DNA from: an uncultured Allomuricauda sp.
Lineage (GTDB): Bacteria > Bacteroidota > Bacteroidia > Flavobacteriales > Flavobacteriaceae
Direction: 5' to 3'
DNA: 64,000 nucleotides
NCBI GenBank assembly: GCA_963677115.1
Contig: OY781874.1
Span: forward strand, 2,937,618 to 3,001,617
The translations under genes and the position numbers were made by a program. Under the pieces are notes generated by a model. That model was not told where the DNA came from. It saw nothing but the letters and a program-made list of their open reading frames with translations, and did not search any database. Below are positions 14,627 to 24,874 of the stretch, one piece after another; the stretch's first letter is position 1, and each line of letters starts with the position of its first letter.

Positions 14627-16376
14627 TGGCAGCTGGTTTTCTTGATTGAAGCCATCCATTATGATTGCTGGCTGCTTGTTCTGCCCATTGTGTGATGCGC
14701 GGTCCAAAACATTCCAATATGGCATCAACACCGATGACGGTTCCTTTGGCCAGACGTCCAAGTAGTGCGATGGGCAAGGTGTTTTCAGATGTATCCAATA
14801 TATATCCGTGGTCATCCGTGGCAACACCGAGTTCATCATGAACGGCTTGAATCATCCCATCCGACAGCATATTTCTTACCAACGAAGATGTTACTTCCTT
14901 TATTTTGGGCTGGTCCATTACCGAGTCCACCATGATGTTGACCGTTATTGACTTGTTAGGATTTGCCAACCTCCAACCGTCATCTACCAGTTCAATTTCA
15001 GGATTGTTCACATAGTCTAAATTAAGCACACCGGCTTTTTTTAGGGCAATCAATTGTTGAATGGCCTCTACCGGAGGTCCGTAAGAGTATCTTTTGGTAG
15101 ATTCATCCAACATTATGACCTTGGCAAAAACATTATCTGGGCATGCACTATAAGAAAGCTGTTTATATATCGAAGGTTGACAATGTCGCCAAACCTGTCC
15201 AATACAAAAATCCAAGCTAATCGCATGTTGTCCCGTGGCCATGCCTACGAAACTTTCCATCATGGCCCCCACAGGCTCATCCTGAGGCACAATTGCGGGG
15301 TCATCCAAAGTTGGATCTTTTAGCCATTTTTTGATGATATCTTCTATCCTGGGTTGTTCGAGTTGGTTGGGGTTGATGTTCTTGGGCAGTTCCAAGAAAA
15401 TATCCGCAGCGATCGGAGCGAATGCATCAAGCAAAAAACCAATATCCTCCGCAGTTTTTTGGGTATCTCCGTTTCCGATCAGGATTTCAAAATTATCCAA
15501 TTGTGTGGCTGAAGGGGCAAACCAATCGTCTATTTCTTTATTTAATGGCTTTGGAACCGGGGGCAGGCCATCCAACGAAAAAGGAACTAATAGATTTTCA
15601 ATCTTTTGGATTGGAGCGTAGGTAAATTCCCGGGTTTTCTTGTTCTCGATTTGAAAATCACCAAATTCTTTCGCTATTCGGCGCGCCACGTCGATCATGG
15701 TAAGGCCAAACCCTCGTATTCCGATGATACTTTTGGAGTCCAGATGTTGACTGGACAAAATATTGGAAAGGGGATAGGCGTTTTGGAAGAGACTAATTCC
15801 GTTGTGGTTGTCCACATGATTCTGCCATTTGGCCATTTGGCCAGAAATTTTGGTAGGTTGGTGTCCTATAGTCAGTAAAATTTCGTCAAAATCACCGTAG
15901 GTATTGTTGCTTGTGCATATATTGATTTTTTTATTTTCCATTAGTTGAAGTTCATGCACTTTGTCTATACGCATAGTAGCGTATCCTTTTTCCACCAAGG
16001 GGTCGATCAAAGAACAGAACCTTTGGTTCAGATATTTGCCGATTTTACGCCGAGGGGGATAGGCATCCACCTCTCTGGATATATTATGATCTATCCAATC
16101 ATGGTAAGATGGGAATGATGGAATGTTGAATTCTTTGAAACGGATTTCTTTTCTTTCATCGAGTTCCAAAATCCGTTCGGTGATGTTTATCCAATTGGAG
16201 CTGGACTGGGCGGTATCGTATACATGACCTCCACCAAAATTCCCGGAAGCCTCGAACAAGGTAAAATGGAGGTTTTTAAAGCTGTTTTTCTTTATCAATT
16301 GAGCGACCAAGCACTCCAAGGCATATCCACCCCGTGGACCAATACCTATAATACCAAGGTTGCGTTTATCGGCCAT
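14619..16376 (-). CDS. FAD/NAD(P)-binding oxidoreductase (NAD_binding_9-like)
   Basis: IIGIGPRGGYALE dinucleotide-binding motif, LLTIGH, second Rossmann motif RGFGLTMIDV. Confidence 0.75.
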   Translation of the reverse strand: MADKRNLGIIGIGPRGGYALECLVAQLIKKNSFKNLHFTLFEASGNFGGGHVYDTAQSSSNWINITERILELDERKEIRFKEFNIPSFPSYHDWIDHNISREVDAYPPRRKIGKYLNQRFCSLIDPLVEKGYATMRIDKVHELQLMENKKINICTSNNTYGDFDEILLTIGHQPTKISGQMAKWQNHVDNHNGISLFQNAYPLSNILSSQHLDSKSIIGIRGFGLTMIDVARRIAKEFGDFQIENKKTREFTYAPIQKIENLLVPFSLDGLPPVPKPLNKEIDDWFAPSATQLDNFEILIGNGDTQKTAEDIGFLLDAFAPIAADIFLELPKNINPNQLEQPRIEDIIKKWLKDPTLDDPAIVPQDEPVGAMMESFVGMATGQHAISLDFCIGQVWRHCQPSIYKQLSYSACPDNVFAKVIMLDESTKRYSYGPPVEAIQQLIALKKAGVLNLDYVNNPEIELVDDGWRLANPNKSITVNIMVDSVMDQPKIKEVTSSLVRNMLSDGMIQAVHDELGVATDDHGYILDTSENTLPIALLGRLAKGTVIGVDAILECFGPRITQWAEQAASNHNGWLQSRKPAANG

Positions 16377-16537
16377 TTAGTTTACACCAACTTTTGGATG
16401 TATTTTATGTTAGTTGTCATTCATTTTCCGGACGTTCGATCATGGATTTCACTTCTTTGATCTCTTTTCTTTGTGCCTTAATAATTTTTTGCGCCAACTT
16501 TCGCCTTTGCCCTGCCAATAAAACCGATTTGAATCAA

Positions 16538-17545
16538 TTAGTTTGCCCCAATTCCCTCAAAAGTTATCTTAATTGGTTTTATAGTGCCATCTGGGTTAAA
16601 TTCCATTTTATCCATGCACGTTACGCGATGGTCACGGTCTTGGTTGGGAATGGGTCTTCTGTGGTAAACGATGATCCATTCGTCCGTCCCCGGTTTGTTG
16701 ATTACGGAATGATGTCCTGCACCAGTCGCAATGTCTCCTTCGCTTGATTCTAGAATGGTCCCGATTCGTTCATACGGTCCGGTAGGCTTATCGGACATGG
16801 CGTAGGCTACTTTATAGCTGCCATCGGTCCAGTTCCCTTCGGACCACATAAAATAATAAATCCCTTTTCTTAAAAACATAAACGGACCTTCCACATAGCC
16901 TTCGGGAGTAATTTCTTTGAACAGGTTACCATTTTCCCATGGTTCAAAGCCTGTAAAATCGGCATTGAGTTTCCCCAAGTTGCAATGGCTCCATCCTCCG
17001 TAGAAGAAATAATAGGTGCCGTCCACGTCTTTAAAAACAAATTGGTCGATAGGTTGTGCGTTGTTATAAAAGTCAGAAATCAACGGTTCACCGAGGTAAT
17101 CTTCAAAAGGGCCTCCTGGATTATCCGCTACCGCTACTCCTATGCCCCCATAATGGTTGATGTCGTTATTTGGGTCGTAGGAACTTCTCCCGGGGCGTTG
17201 GATATCGTTGGCGCCAAAAAACAAATAGTATTTACTGTCTTTTTCAATAATGGAGGGAGCCCAAAGTGCCTGTCTAAGCCATTTAATTTTGGTGGTGTCC
17301 AAAATACGCTCGTGCTTTTCCCAATTTACCAGGTCCTTGGATGAAAAAGCATCAAAATGCAGTTGCTTGTCATAGTCATCCGAAAAGGTGGGGTAGACCC
17401 AATAGGTATCGCCAAAAACGGCACCCTCAGGGTCCGCATACCATCCCTCAAAAATGGGGTTGTTGTGTTTTTCTTTGGATTGTTGTGCAGGCAGCCCGAT
17501 CACAAATAGAAGAAAAGCTGTGAAGGATATGATTTTTGTATTCAT
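16538..17545 (-). CDS. Exported glycoside hydrolase family 43
   Basis: Signal peptide; NPIFEGWYADP, LWAP, ID, EGP and GHHS motifs of the five-bladed propeller. Confidence 0.88.
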   Translation of the reverse strand: MNTKIISFTAFLLFVIGLPAQQSKEKHNNPIFEGWYADPEGAVFGDTYWVYPTFSDDYDKQLHFDAFSSKDLVNWEKHERILDTTKIKWLRQALWAPSIIEKDSKYYLFFGANDIQRPGRSSYDPNNDINHYGGIGVAVADNPGGPFEDYLGEPLISDFYNNAQPIDQFVFKDVDGTYYFFYGGWSHCNLGKLNADFTGFEPWENGNLFKEITPEGYVEGPFMFLRKGIYYFMWSEGNWTDGSYKVAYAMSDKPTGPYERIGTILESSEGDIATGAGHHSVINKPGTDEWIIVYHRRPIPNQDRDHRVTCMDKMEFNPDGTIKPIKITFEGIGAN

Positions 17546-17625
17546 ATTAGCTGAGATATTTCTTTTGGGTTTAAGTTTTAATTTTGACCTAAGATAGCAT
17601 TTCCAATTTTCCCTATCTTGGTTTT

Positions 17626-18279
17626 ATGTTTGATTTTGATTTATTGGCGTATCTGGAAACCTATCTCACAGAAGAACGAAAACAACGTTTTTGGGATGTT
17701 CTCCGGCAACGGACCAGGCATATGACCATCGCTGTTGAAGATATATATCAGTTGCACAATACCAGTGCAATTCTACGTAGTTGTGACGCTTTCGGGGTAC
17801 AGGACCTGCACGTGGTGGAGAACCGGTTTGGCAAACGTCTGGACAAGAATATTGCCATGGGCGCCGAACAATGGGTGGACGTTCACCGGTATAAAACTGT
17901 GACGGCCTGTATGTCCACATTGAGGAACGATGGTTACCGAATTATTGCAACAACGCCCCACAACGATTCCACTTTACTGCACGACTTTTTCCCAAAGCAG
18001 AAATGCGCCATCTTTTTTGGAACCGAGAGAAAGGGATTGTCCAAGGAAGTATTGCAGCAGGCGGATGGTCTCCTCAAAATTCCCATGGTCGGTTTTTCGG
18101 AGAGTTTGAATGTTTCCGTTTCCGCCGCGATAATCATTCAACAATTGTCGCAAAAAGTACGTGAGTCCCATATGGAATGGCAATTATCTGAAATAGAGGT
18201 TCTTGAAAAACGGTTGGACTGGACCAAGAAATCCATAAAGGACGTCGATGGTATTATTAAAAGATATGTTAAACAGTAA
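17626..18279 (+). CDS. trmH: SpoU/TrmH-family RNA methyltransferase (probably tRNA Gm18)
   Basis: HNTSAILRSCDAFG, FFGTERKGLS and IPMVGFSESLNVSVSAA motifs. Confidence 0.82.
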   Translation: MFDFDLLAYLETYLTEERKQRFWDVLRQRTRHMTIAVEDIYQLHNTSAILRSCDAFGVQDLHVVENRFGKRLDKNIAMGAEQWVDVHRYKTVTACMSTLRNDGYRIIATTPHNDSTLLHDFFPKQKCAIFFGTERKGLSKEVLQQADGLLKIPMVGFSESLNVSVSAAIIIQQLSQKVRESHMEWQLSEIEVLEKRLDWTKKSIKDVDGIIKRYVKQ

Positions 18280-18323
18280 AATATTTTTGTACTTTTAATT
18301 GTTAATCAATCAATTACGTTGTT

Positions 18324-18851
18324 GTGATAGTCCTCTACGTTGTATTGTCATTGGTAGTGCTGACGCTTATTTTAGCTTCCATTGCCCCCAAGAATTATAA
18401 TGTTTCTCGATCGATAGAGCTCAAGCGGCCCAAAAAAGTGGTTTTTACCTATCTCAAATTCTTGAAAAACCAAGATGAATGGTCCCCCTGGGCAAAGCGT
18501 GACCCCAATATGCAAACGGAGTTCACGGGAATGGATGGAGAGGTCGGAGCTATCAGTAAATGGAAAGGCAACAAAGATGTGGGAGAGGGAGAGCAAGAAA
18601 TCACCAAGATTGTGGAAGGCGAGCGAATTGAAAGTGAGCTTAGGTTCTTAAAGCCTTTTAAATCGACTTCCGATGCGTATATCGAAACCATTGAGGTGGG
18701 AACCGATAGAACCAAGGTCATCTGGGGCTTTTCGGGAAAAAATGTGTTTCCCATGAGCATTGTAATGCTTTTTATGAGCATGGACAAAGCGGTAGGAAAG
18801 GATTTTGAAGAAGGTTTGGCAAGTTTAAAGCAAAATTTAGAAAACAGTTAG
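18324..18851 (+). CDS. SRPBCC-family protein
   Basis: N-terminal TM helix, WSPW, GVGEQEI-like motif, C-terminal GKDFEEGLASLK helix. Confidence 0.8.
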   Translation: MIVLYVVLSLVVLTLILASIAPKNYNVSRSIELKRPKKVVFTYLKFLKNQDEWSPWAKRDPNMQTEFTGMDGEVGAISKWKGNKDVGEGEQEITKIVEGERIESELRFLKPFKSTSDAYIETIEVGTDRTKVIWGFSGKNVFPMSIVMLFMSMDKAVGKDFEEGLASLKQNLENS

Positions 18852-18854
18852 ATC

Positions 18855-19235
18855 ATGGATTATAATATGGTGGGTTGGTTCGAGATTCCGGTCGAAAACA
18901 TGGAACGAGCAAAGAAGTTTTACGAAGCTGTTTTTCGAGTAGAAATAAGTTTGCAGGATTTTGAAGGCACTAAAATGGGATGGTTTCCTGCCGATCATGG
19001 AAAACCTGGCGCTTCGGGTTCATTGATTCAAAATAAAGATTGGTACAAACCAAGTAAAAGTGATGGAGCATTGATTTATTTCAATAGTTTGGATGTTCAG
19101 AAGGAACTCGACCGTATCGAGCCGAATGGAGGCGAAATTCTTCAGCGGAAGACCCAAATTAGTCCCGATATAGGTTTTATGGCGGTATTTTTGGATTCGG
19201 AAGGAAACCGAATAGCATTACATTCCAGACAATAA
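18855..19235 (+). CDS. VOC/glyoxalase-family protein
   Basis: WFEIPV...RAKKFY, GFMAVFLDSEGNRIALH. Confidence 0.85.
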   Translation: MDYNMVGWFEIPVENMERAKKFYEAVFRVEISLQDFEGTKMGWFPADHGKPGASGSLIQNKDWYKPSKSDGALIYFNSLDVQKELDRIEPNGGEILQRKTQISPDIGFMAVFLDSEGNRIALHSRQ

Positions 19236-19238
19236 GGT

Positions 19239-20921
19239 CTATTCAAAGAGTTCCAGCAGCGCGATGTCAAAATCATTTTCCAAAATAACCTTACCATTGG
19301 CCACCGTAACTTTAGTATCGGAGTAGGTATCGTACAATACGGTGCCGTCACCAAAAAAGCCTTTTACCCAAAGTGACTTCTTGCCTTTGGGCAAATCCAG
19401 TCCCACAACTACTTTGTCGCGATATTCCCCTTTCTCATAGGTTCTGGAAAACACGTAGGGAGATTTACCCAGACGCTTGTGTTTACCTGCTCCGATTGCA
19501 GGGTGATTGGCCCTGAACCTTCCCAATTTTTGCCAATGCTCGTGAATTTTTTGTGTTTCGGGCAAACTGTCCAAATCTTCCCAATTCATAAAGGAGCGTA
19601 GGGTGGCGTCACCTTCTGTTCCTTCAATGGTCAGGCTGCGTGCCGTTTCATCACCATAATATACTTGTGATGCCCCGGGGGTGAGCAACAGCACATTTGC
19701 GGTCCTATATGGTTTTGTTCTGTCTTTGTCATACGGAGCGCCATCATCATGGGAGGTCAAATAGTTCAATACACTTTTAGACTGAAGTTTGGTGTGCAGC
19801 AATTTGCTGTATTTTTTGAAGATGGATTCATAATCATTGTCCGCATCATTCTTTAATTCAAAATTGATGAGACTTTTAAAGCCATAATCAAAGAAGTCCA
19901 CTTTTTTGTCTCCAAAGTCAAATTCACGACCGCTTGAAATACCATAGTTGTATACTTCCCCTACCATGTAGAAAGGATTATCGTCCATGACTTTGTTCTC
20001 GTGCTTCTTTTTCCACATTTCAAACGTATAATTGGCTTCTTTGTGAAGATCTGCCCAAGCATTTTCGTTAACATGCTTTACCGTGTCAACTCGAAAACCG
20101 TCAACGCCAAAATCATTGATATAGTCGGTCAACCACTTGATAATATAGTAACGGGGAGCCCTTGGATAGCCTGTACGTTCAAAAAACAATTGGAGCTCAT
20201 CGAGCTCTTTGCTCAAACGACCTTCTTCTTTCCATTTTGCCAAAAGTGCATCGGGAAGCTCCACATCTTCATCGGACTCTGTAAGGATATCGGGCAGGTT
20301 TGCCACCAAGGTACATTCCGTGGTATTCTCGTAGGTGGTAAATTCACAGGTTGGGCCGGTTCTGACCCAATCATCCGGCCATACGGGGTCTTTATCCGTA
20401 ACGGGACCGGTATGGTTGAGTACCACGTCCAAAATTATCCTGATGCTTTTACCATGTGCTGTTGCCACAAGTTTTGAAAGGTCTTCCTTAGTGCCGAAAT
20501 TAGGGTCTATCGCAGTCCAGTCCTTGGCCCAATACCCGTGGTAACCATAGGTTTTTCCCGTACCCTCATCGGTTCCGCCGTGGATTTGTTCTACCACAGG
20601 TGTCAACCAAATGGCATTGATGCCCAAGTCGGTAAAATATCCTTCTTCGATTTTTTTTGTGATTCCCTGAATGTCGCCGCCTTCAAAACCTCTCAGTACT
20701 CCGGTTTCTTCGGTTCGGTCAAAGTTGACATCGTTGTTGGGGTTTCCGTTATTGAAACGGTCGGTCAGCAAAAAGTAGATATTGGCACCTTCCCAAACAA
20801 AGGGAACGTCCTTTTTGGGGGTTTCTTGTGGAACTACCTGCGTGGTTTGCTGCTTTTTTTCAACTTTCTTGCAGCCAATAAAAACGGAAAAAATGGACAA
20901 AACAACAAGCAGTTTTTTCAT
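19239..20921 (-). CDS. Alpha-amylase family (GH13) lipoprotein
   Basis: Lipobox FIGC; GYHGYW, DVVLNH, GFRVDTVKH, GEV and SHD catalytic regions. Confidence 0.9.
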   Translation of the reverse strand: MKKLLVVLSIFSVFIGCKKVEKKQQTTQVVPQETPKKDVPFVWEGANIYFLLTDRFNNGNPNNDVNFDRTEETGVLRGFEGGDIQGITKKIEEGYFTDLGINAIWLTPVVEQIHGGTDEGTGKTYGYHGYWAKDWTAIDPNFGTKEDLSKLVATAHGKSIRIILDVVLNHTGPVTDKDPVWPDDWVRTGPTCEFTTYENTTECTLVANLPDILTESDEDVELPDALLAKWKEEGRLSKELDELQLFFERTGYPRAPRYYIIKWLTDYINDFGVDGFRVDTVKHVNENAWADLHKEANYTFEMWKKKHENKVMDDNPFYMVGEVYNYGISSGREFDFGDKKVDFFDYGFKSLINFELKNDADNDYESIFKKYSKLLHTKLQSKSVLNYLTSHDDGAPYDKDRTKPYRTANVLLLTPGASQVYYGDETARSLTIEGTEGDATLRSFMNWEDLDSLPETQKIHEHWQKLGRFRANHPAIGAGKHKRLGKSPYVFSRTYEKGEYRDKVVVGLDLPKGKKSLWVKGFFGDGTVLYDTYSDTKVTVANGKVILENDFDIALLELFE

Positions 20922-21019
20922 GTATCGGGATTTTGTCTAAAGCTATAAAATGCATATGTAACTATGAAATTTCTTTATATCCATTTTAAACAATCCCCAA
21001 TGTATTATTACGGTCGAAA

Positions 21020-21802
21020 TTATTGATTGCGGTTGAGCACTTTATACTCTTCATAACAGCTAGAAATCGCATCCAGTATCTGGAGATCGTTCGCTGTTTT
21101 GATAAAGGATTTTGAATAGTTGCAATTGTTGAGAATGTCCTCAATGTCCACCTTTTCCAATTGAAGAAGCTCGGTGAGGGTCTCCCTGTCAAATTTTGAG
21201 GCCAAAAGGTCCCGAATATTGTCATCTTCCTTAATTTGACGAAGCTTGCGCATCTGTCTTGGTTTTTTGCCAAAAAGATTACGCAATAGATCTGCAGGAT
21301 TAAGAATAGCGCCAAGCACTTTGGTAACGGCACTGGGGCTTTTGTTACCGGCCTCGTAACTGGTGTTTAGACCGGATATGCTGTATTGGTATGCATTGTT
21401 TACCGGAAGGTTCTTCACATCTATTTCCAGATATCCGGTAAGTTGATACGGTGTAACCACAACTTCTTCAAGGGCATAGGCCAACTCGGTCAGGGCAATT
21501 TCTGTGTCCCCAAATCGGAACATATCGTTGGTTACCCTCACTTTTTGCGTTTTAAAACCGAGATAGGAGAAGTACAGCGTATCGTTTACCGCGGCGGGTA
21601 TGGTAAATTTTCCATCCTGGTTGGTAATGGTTCCCTTTACCTGATTGAGGTTGACCACGTGCACACTCTCCAAGGGGTATTCGGTTTGGGCGTTGATTAC
21701 CGTAGCGGTAAAATCCTTTAGTTCTTGCGCTTTATCACCTTCAACTTGTGAAAAACCGAGCAATGGTATTAGGGACAATAGTATAAGTAGTACTCTTCTC
21801 AT
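21020..21802 (-). CDS. Exported protein with a carboxypeptidase-regulatory-like domain
   Basis: Signal peptide; GTITNQDGKF, DTLYFSYLGF, LEEVVV. Confidence 0.72.
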   Translation of the reverse strand: MRRVLLILLSLIPLLGFSQVEGDKAQELKDFTATVINAQTEYPLESVHVVNLNQVKGTITNQDGKFTIPAAVNDTLYFSYLGFKTQKVRVTNDMFRFGDTEIALTELAYALEEVVVTPYQLTGYLEIDVKNLPVNNAYQYSISGLNTSYEAGNKSPSAVTKVLGAILNPADLLRNLFGKKPRQMRKLRQIKEDDNIRDLLASKFDRETLTELLQLEKVDIEDILNNCNYSKSFIKTANDLQILDAISSCYEEYKVLNRNQ

Positions 21803-21877
21803 GCAATCTTTGTGGTGATAAAAATACTAAACAAAGAAAAATAAACAGGAGAGACTTCCCATTTAATATAGAATTAA

Positions 21878-23635
21878 CTAATAAAATCCCTGTTTCTTTT
21901 TGCCTCCTTTTTTTCCGTAGCCTCCTTTTTTTCCACCTTTATAGGAGTTGCCGCCCTTGCGATGGCCTCCTCCGCCGCCTTTTCGGCCACGACGTTTTTT
22001 TCCTCCTTTTCCACCGCCACCGGCACCTGGATTCTTGGAAACTTCTACATTGATAAAACGTCCTTCCAATTTAAAATCGGTAAAGGTTTGAAGGATAAGC
22101 TCAGTAAGTTGGGCATCGGTATTGAAGAAAGAGAAAGTGTCCTTGGTGTCTACATTGTAAACATCTTCTTTTTCCAAGTTCAAGGTGTCCCGAAGGAAAT
22201 CTTTCAGGCTCATCCAATCATAGCCGTCACGTTCCCCAACATTGATAAAGTATCGAACGGAACCTTCGGATGGGATATCTCCTTTAGAAGTTCCCCTTTC
22301 CCTCCCGGAATCCTGACTGTTGAGGTCTTTGGATTTGCTGTAGTAATTGTAAAACTGTGTAAATTCGACAGAAACAATTTTTTTGATGAGCTCGTCCCGG
22401 TCAATGCCTTCCAAAACATCGTTAATGGCAGGCAGGTAACTCTCAATTTCTTTATTGATTTTTGTTTCCTTGATCTTATTGGCCAAGTGATACAATTGAA
22501 TCTCGCAGATTTCAATGCCGTCCGGAATATTTTTGGACAAGAACTCTTGTTGAATTTTTTTCTCGATGGCCTTGATCTTTCTCAATTCCGAACGAGTAAT
22601 GATAACCATGGAGATTCCAGATTTACCGGCACGCCCTGTACGTCCACTTCGGTGGGTATAGGTCTCGATTTCATCAGGCAATTGATAGTTGATCACGTGG
22701 GTTATATCGTCCACATCGATACCTCGAGCAGCCACATCAGTGGCAACCAACATCTGCACTTGTTTTTTACGGAATGAGTTCATTACCAAATCTCTTTGGT
22801 TTTGACTCAGGTCACCGTGCAAAGCTCCAGCGTTGTACCCATCTTCGATAAGTTTTTCTGCCACACGTTGGGTATCCCGTTTGGTTCTACAGAACACAAC
22901 GGAGAAGATACCTGGATTGGCATCGGCCAAACGTTTTAGGGCTGCATAGCGGTCACGACCGCCCACTACATAATATTCGTGTTGTACGGTAGATGCTCCG
23001 GCATTTTTGGAACCCACAGTGATCTCTATTGGGTTGTTCATGAACTTTTTGGCAATCGTAGCCACTTCCTTGGGCATTGTTGCAGAAAAAAGCCATGTGA
23101 ATTTTTCTTGTGGGGTGTTGGATAAAATGTCCTTGATGTCTTCATAGAAGCCCATGTTCAACATTTCATCGGCTTCGTCCAATACGCAATAATCGATTTT
23201 GGAGATGTCGACCATGTTTCGGCCGATCATATCCTTCATACGGCCAGGCGTTGCCACAATAATTTGTGCACCCCTTTTTATTTGTCTGGCCTGTTCCGTA
23301 ATGCTGGCACCACCATAAATGGCAACAACATTAAGTCCTTTAACGTATTTGGAATAAAGTTTTAGTTCGTTGGTAATCTGTAAACAGAGTTCCCGAGTAG
23401 GAGAGAGAATCAATCCTTGGGTGGTTCTACTGTCATGTTGGATTTTTTGAATCATCGGAAATCCAAAGGCAGCGGTTTTACCCGTTCCTGTTTGCGCCAA
23501 GGCGACCAAATCGGTTTCTTGATCTAATAAAATCGGGATTGATTTTTCTTGTACTTCAGAGGGGGATTCAAATCCAAGGTCGGAAATAGCATCCAATAGG
23601 GGTTGATCTAACCCCAAGGCTTCAAATTTTGTCAT
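21878..23635 (-). CDS. deaD: DEAD-box RNA helicase (DeaD/CsdA type, DbpA-like C-terminal domain, G/K-rich tail)
   Basis: AQTGTGKT, PTREL, DEAD, SAT, ARGID, HRSGRTGR motifs. Confidence 0.88.
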   Translation of the reverse strand: MTKFEALGLDQPLLDAISDLGFESPSEVQEKSIPILLDQETDLVALAQTGTGKTAAFGFPMIQKIQHDSRTTQGLILSPTRELCLQITNELKLYSKYVKGLNVVAIYGGASITEQARQIKRGAQIIVATPGRMKDMIGRNMVDISKIDYCVLDEADEMLNMGFYEDIKDILSNTPQEKFTWLFSATMPKEVATIAKKFMNNPIEITVGSKNAGASTVQHEYYVVGGRDRYAALKRLADANPGIFSVVFCRTKRDTQRVAEKLIEDGYNAGALHGDLSQNQRDLVMNSFRKKQVQMLVATDVAARGIDVDDITHVINYQLPDEIETYTHRSGRTGRAGKSGISMVIITRSELRKIKAIEKKIQQEFLSKNIPDGIEICEIQLYHLANKIKETKINKEIESYLPAINDVLEGIDRDELIKKIVSVEFTQFYNYYSKSKDLNSQDSGRERGTSKGDIPSEGSVRYFINVGERDGYDWMSLKDFLRDTLNLEKEDVYNVDTKDTFSFFNTDAQLTELILQTFTDFKLEGRFINVEVSKNPGAGGGGKGGKKRRGRKGGGGGHRKGGNSYKGGKKGGYGKKGGKKKQGFY

Positions 23636-23750
23636 AGCGGTGTAAATACCTTAAATCGCAAATATGTTTGTGTTGTATAGAGCGATTTTAGTAATTCCCG
23701 TTCAAGCCCATCACAACACCTTGCCCATACCGGCGGCGTTAATAAAGCGG

Positions 23751-23758
23751 CAAAGGTA
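23751..23758 (-). promoter_or_regulatory. Bacteroidota -7 promoter box for the helicase gene
   Basis: TACCTTTG matches TAnnTTTG, about 115 nt upstream of the ATG. Confidence 0.5.
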
Positions 23759-23780
23759 CACTTATTTTGATCGGTGCAAG

Positions 23781-24362
23781 CTAAGTGGCGTTCTTTTTTA
23801 AGAATTGCACCAATTTTTGGATGGCCCTGCCTCGATGACTTATAGCGTTTTTGGTCTCGGGAGGCAGTTCACCAAAGGTTTTGTCGTATCCATTGGGCAT
23901 AAAAATAGGGTCGTAGCCAAAACCACCTTTTCCATGGAGTTCCGTGGTGATTTTACCTTCCACAACACCATCAAAGGTGAAACTTTCGCCTCGGAGGTTT
24001 AAATGGACGGCTGTTTTAAAGTGTGCCGAACGGTCGGTAGCCTCCTTAAGTTGGGATAATAATTTGGCCATATTGTCCCCAGGGTGCTTTTGTTCACCGG
24101 CGTATCTTGCCGAATAGACTCCCGGAGCTCCGTTCAAGGCACCCACCAACAAACCGGTGTCGTCGGAAAAACAATTCAAACCATAGGTTTGGGTCACATA
24201 ATCCGCTTTGATCTTTGCGTTTTCTTCCAGGGTATCGCCGGTTTCGGGAATGTCATCAAAACATTCGATATCCTTTAAGGATAATAGCTCAATGTTTTTA
24301 GGGAGCAATTGCTGAACTTCTTTCAGCTTATGGTCGTTATGTGTAGCAAAAACTAGTTTCAA
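23781..24362 (-). CDS. rdgB: Non-canonical purine NTP pyrophosphatase
   Basis: FATHN..K, DDTGL, PGVYSARYAG, GFGYDPIF, SHRGRA. Confidence 0.92.
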   Translation of the reverse strand: MKLVFATHNDHKLKEVQQLLPKNIELLSLKDIECFDDIPETGDTLEENAKIKADYVTQTYGLNCFSDDTGLLVGALNGAPGVYSARYAGEQKHPGDNMAKLLSQLKEATDRSAHFKTAVHLNLRGESFTFDGVVEGKITTELHGKGGFGYDPIFMPNGYDKTFGELPPETKNAISHRGRAIQKLVQFLKKNAT

Positions 24363-24421
24363 ATCAAAAAGGGTGCTATTTGAGGTTCAAAAGTAGTAAT
24401 TTCGAGGTTTAATCCATTGAT

Positions 24422-24874
24422 ATGAAAATGAAAGTGCCACCAGCTTTGGTGATGTTGATCTTTGTGGGCGTCATGTTCGCTTTGGACAGGTTTTTACCTG
24501 TGGGCGAATTCGATTTTTTCGGAAAGGACCTACTCACATGGTTCTTATTTGGCCTCGGTATTGTGATCATTTTGGTCTCAATCATCCAGTTTTCCATCAA
24601 AAAAACTACGGTAGACCCTTTGAATCCGGAAAAAGCAAAGAAATTGGTAACCAATGGCATTTATAATTTCACACGTAACCCCATGTATCTGGGTATGCTC
24701 CTCTTTTTGTTGGCCTATGGTCTTCATCTGGGAAACGCATTCAATACTTTGGTTGCAGCGGGTTTTGTTTCGTATATGAACCATTTTCAGATCAAGCCGG
24801 AAGAAAAGGCTCTCAAAAAAATGTTCGGTCAGGAATATAATATCTATTGTAAGCTTACAAGACGCTGGTTTTAA
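24422..24874 (+). CDS. Isoprenylcysteine/phospholipid methyltransferase-family membrane protein
   Basis: LVTNGIYNFTRNPMYLG and EEKAL...FG.EY motifs. Confidence 0.85.
   Translation: MKMKVPPALVMLIFVGVMFALDRFLPVGEFDFFGKDLLTWFLFGLGIVIILVSIIQFSIKKTTVDPLNPEKAKKLVTNGIYNFTRNPMYLGMLLFLLAYGLHLGNAFNTLVAAGFVSYMNHFQIKPEEKALKKMFGQEYNIYCKLTRRWF

Noticed and set aside
14627-14839. N-terminal extensions in the ORF track for the amidohydrolase (also purB 11698-11751 and ribD 62291-62425)
   Set aside because: They overlap neighbouring genes or precede the conserved N-terminal motif; downstream starts fit family length
10354-16376. CreE/CreD-type nitrous-acid pathway (flavin oxygenase plus adenylosuccinate-lyase-like enzyme)
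   Set aside because: The lyase here is a canonical housekeeping PurB separated by unrelated and divergent genes; no biosynthetic cluster context
21878-22030. Low-complexity G/K/R-rich repeat at the helicase C-terminus
   Set aside because: Basic Gly-rich tails are a normal RNA-binding feature of DEAD-box helicases
21962-22777. Long antisense ORFs (271 aa here; also 31060-31557, 43826-44380, 62169-62771)
   Set aside because: They lie opposite well-conserved genes, show no recognisable motifs, and are expected from codon bias
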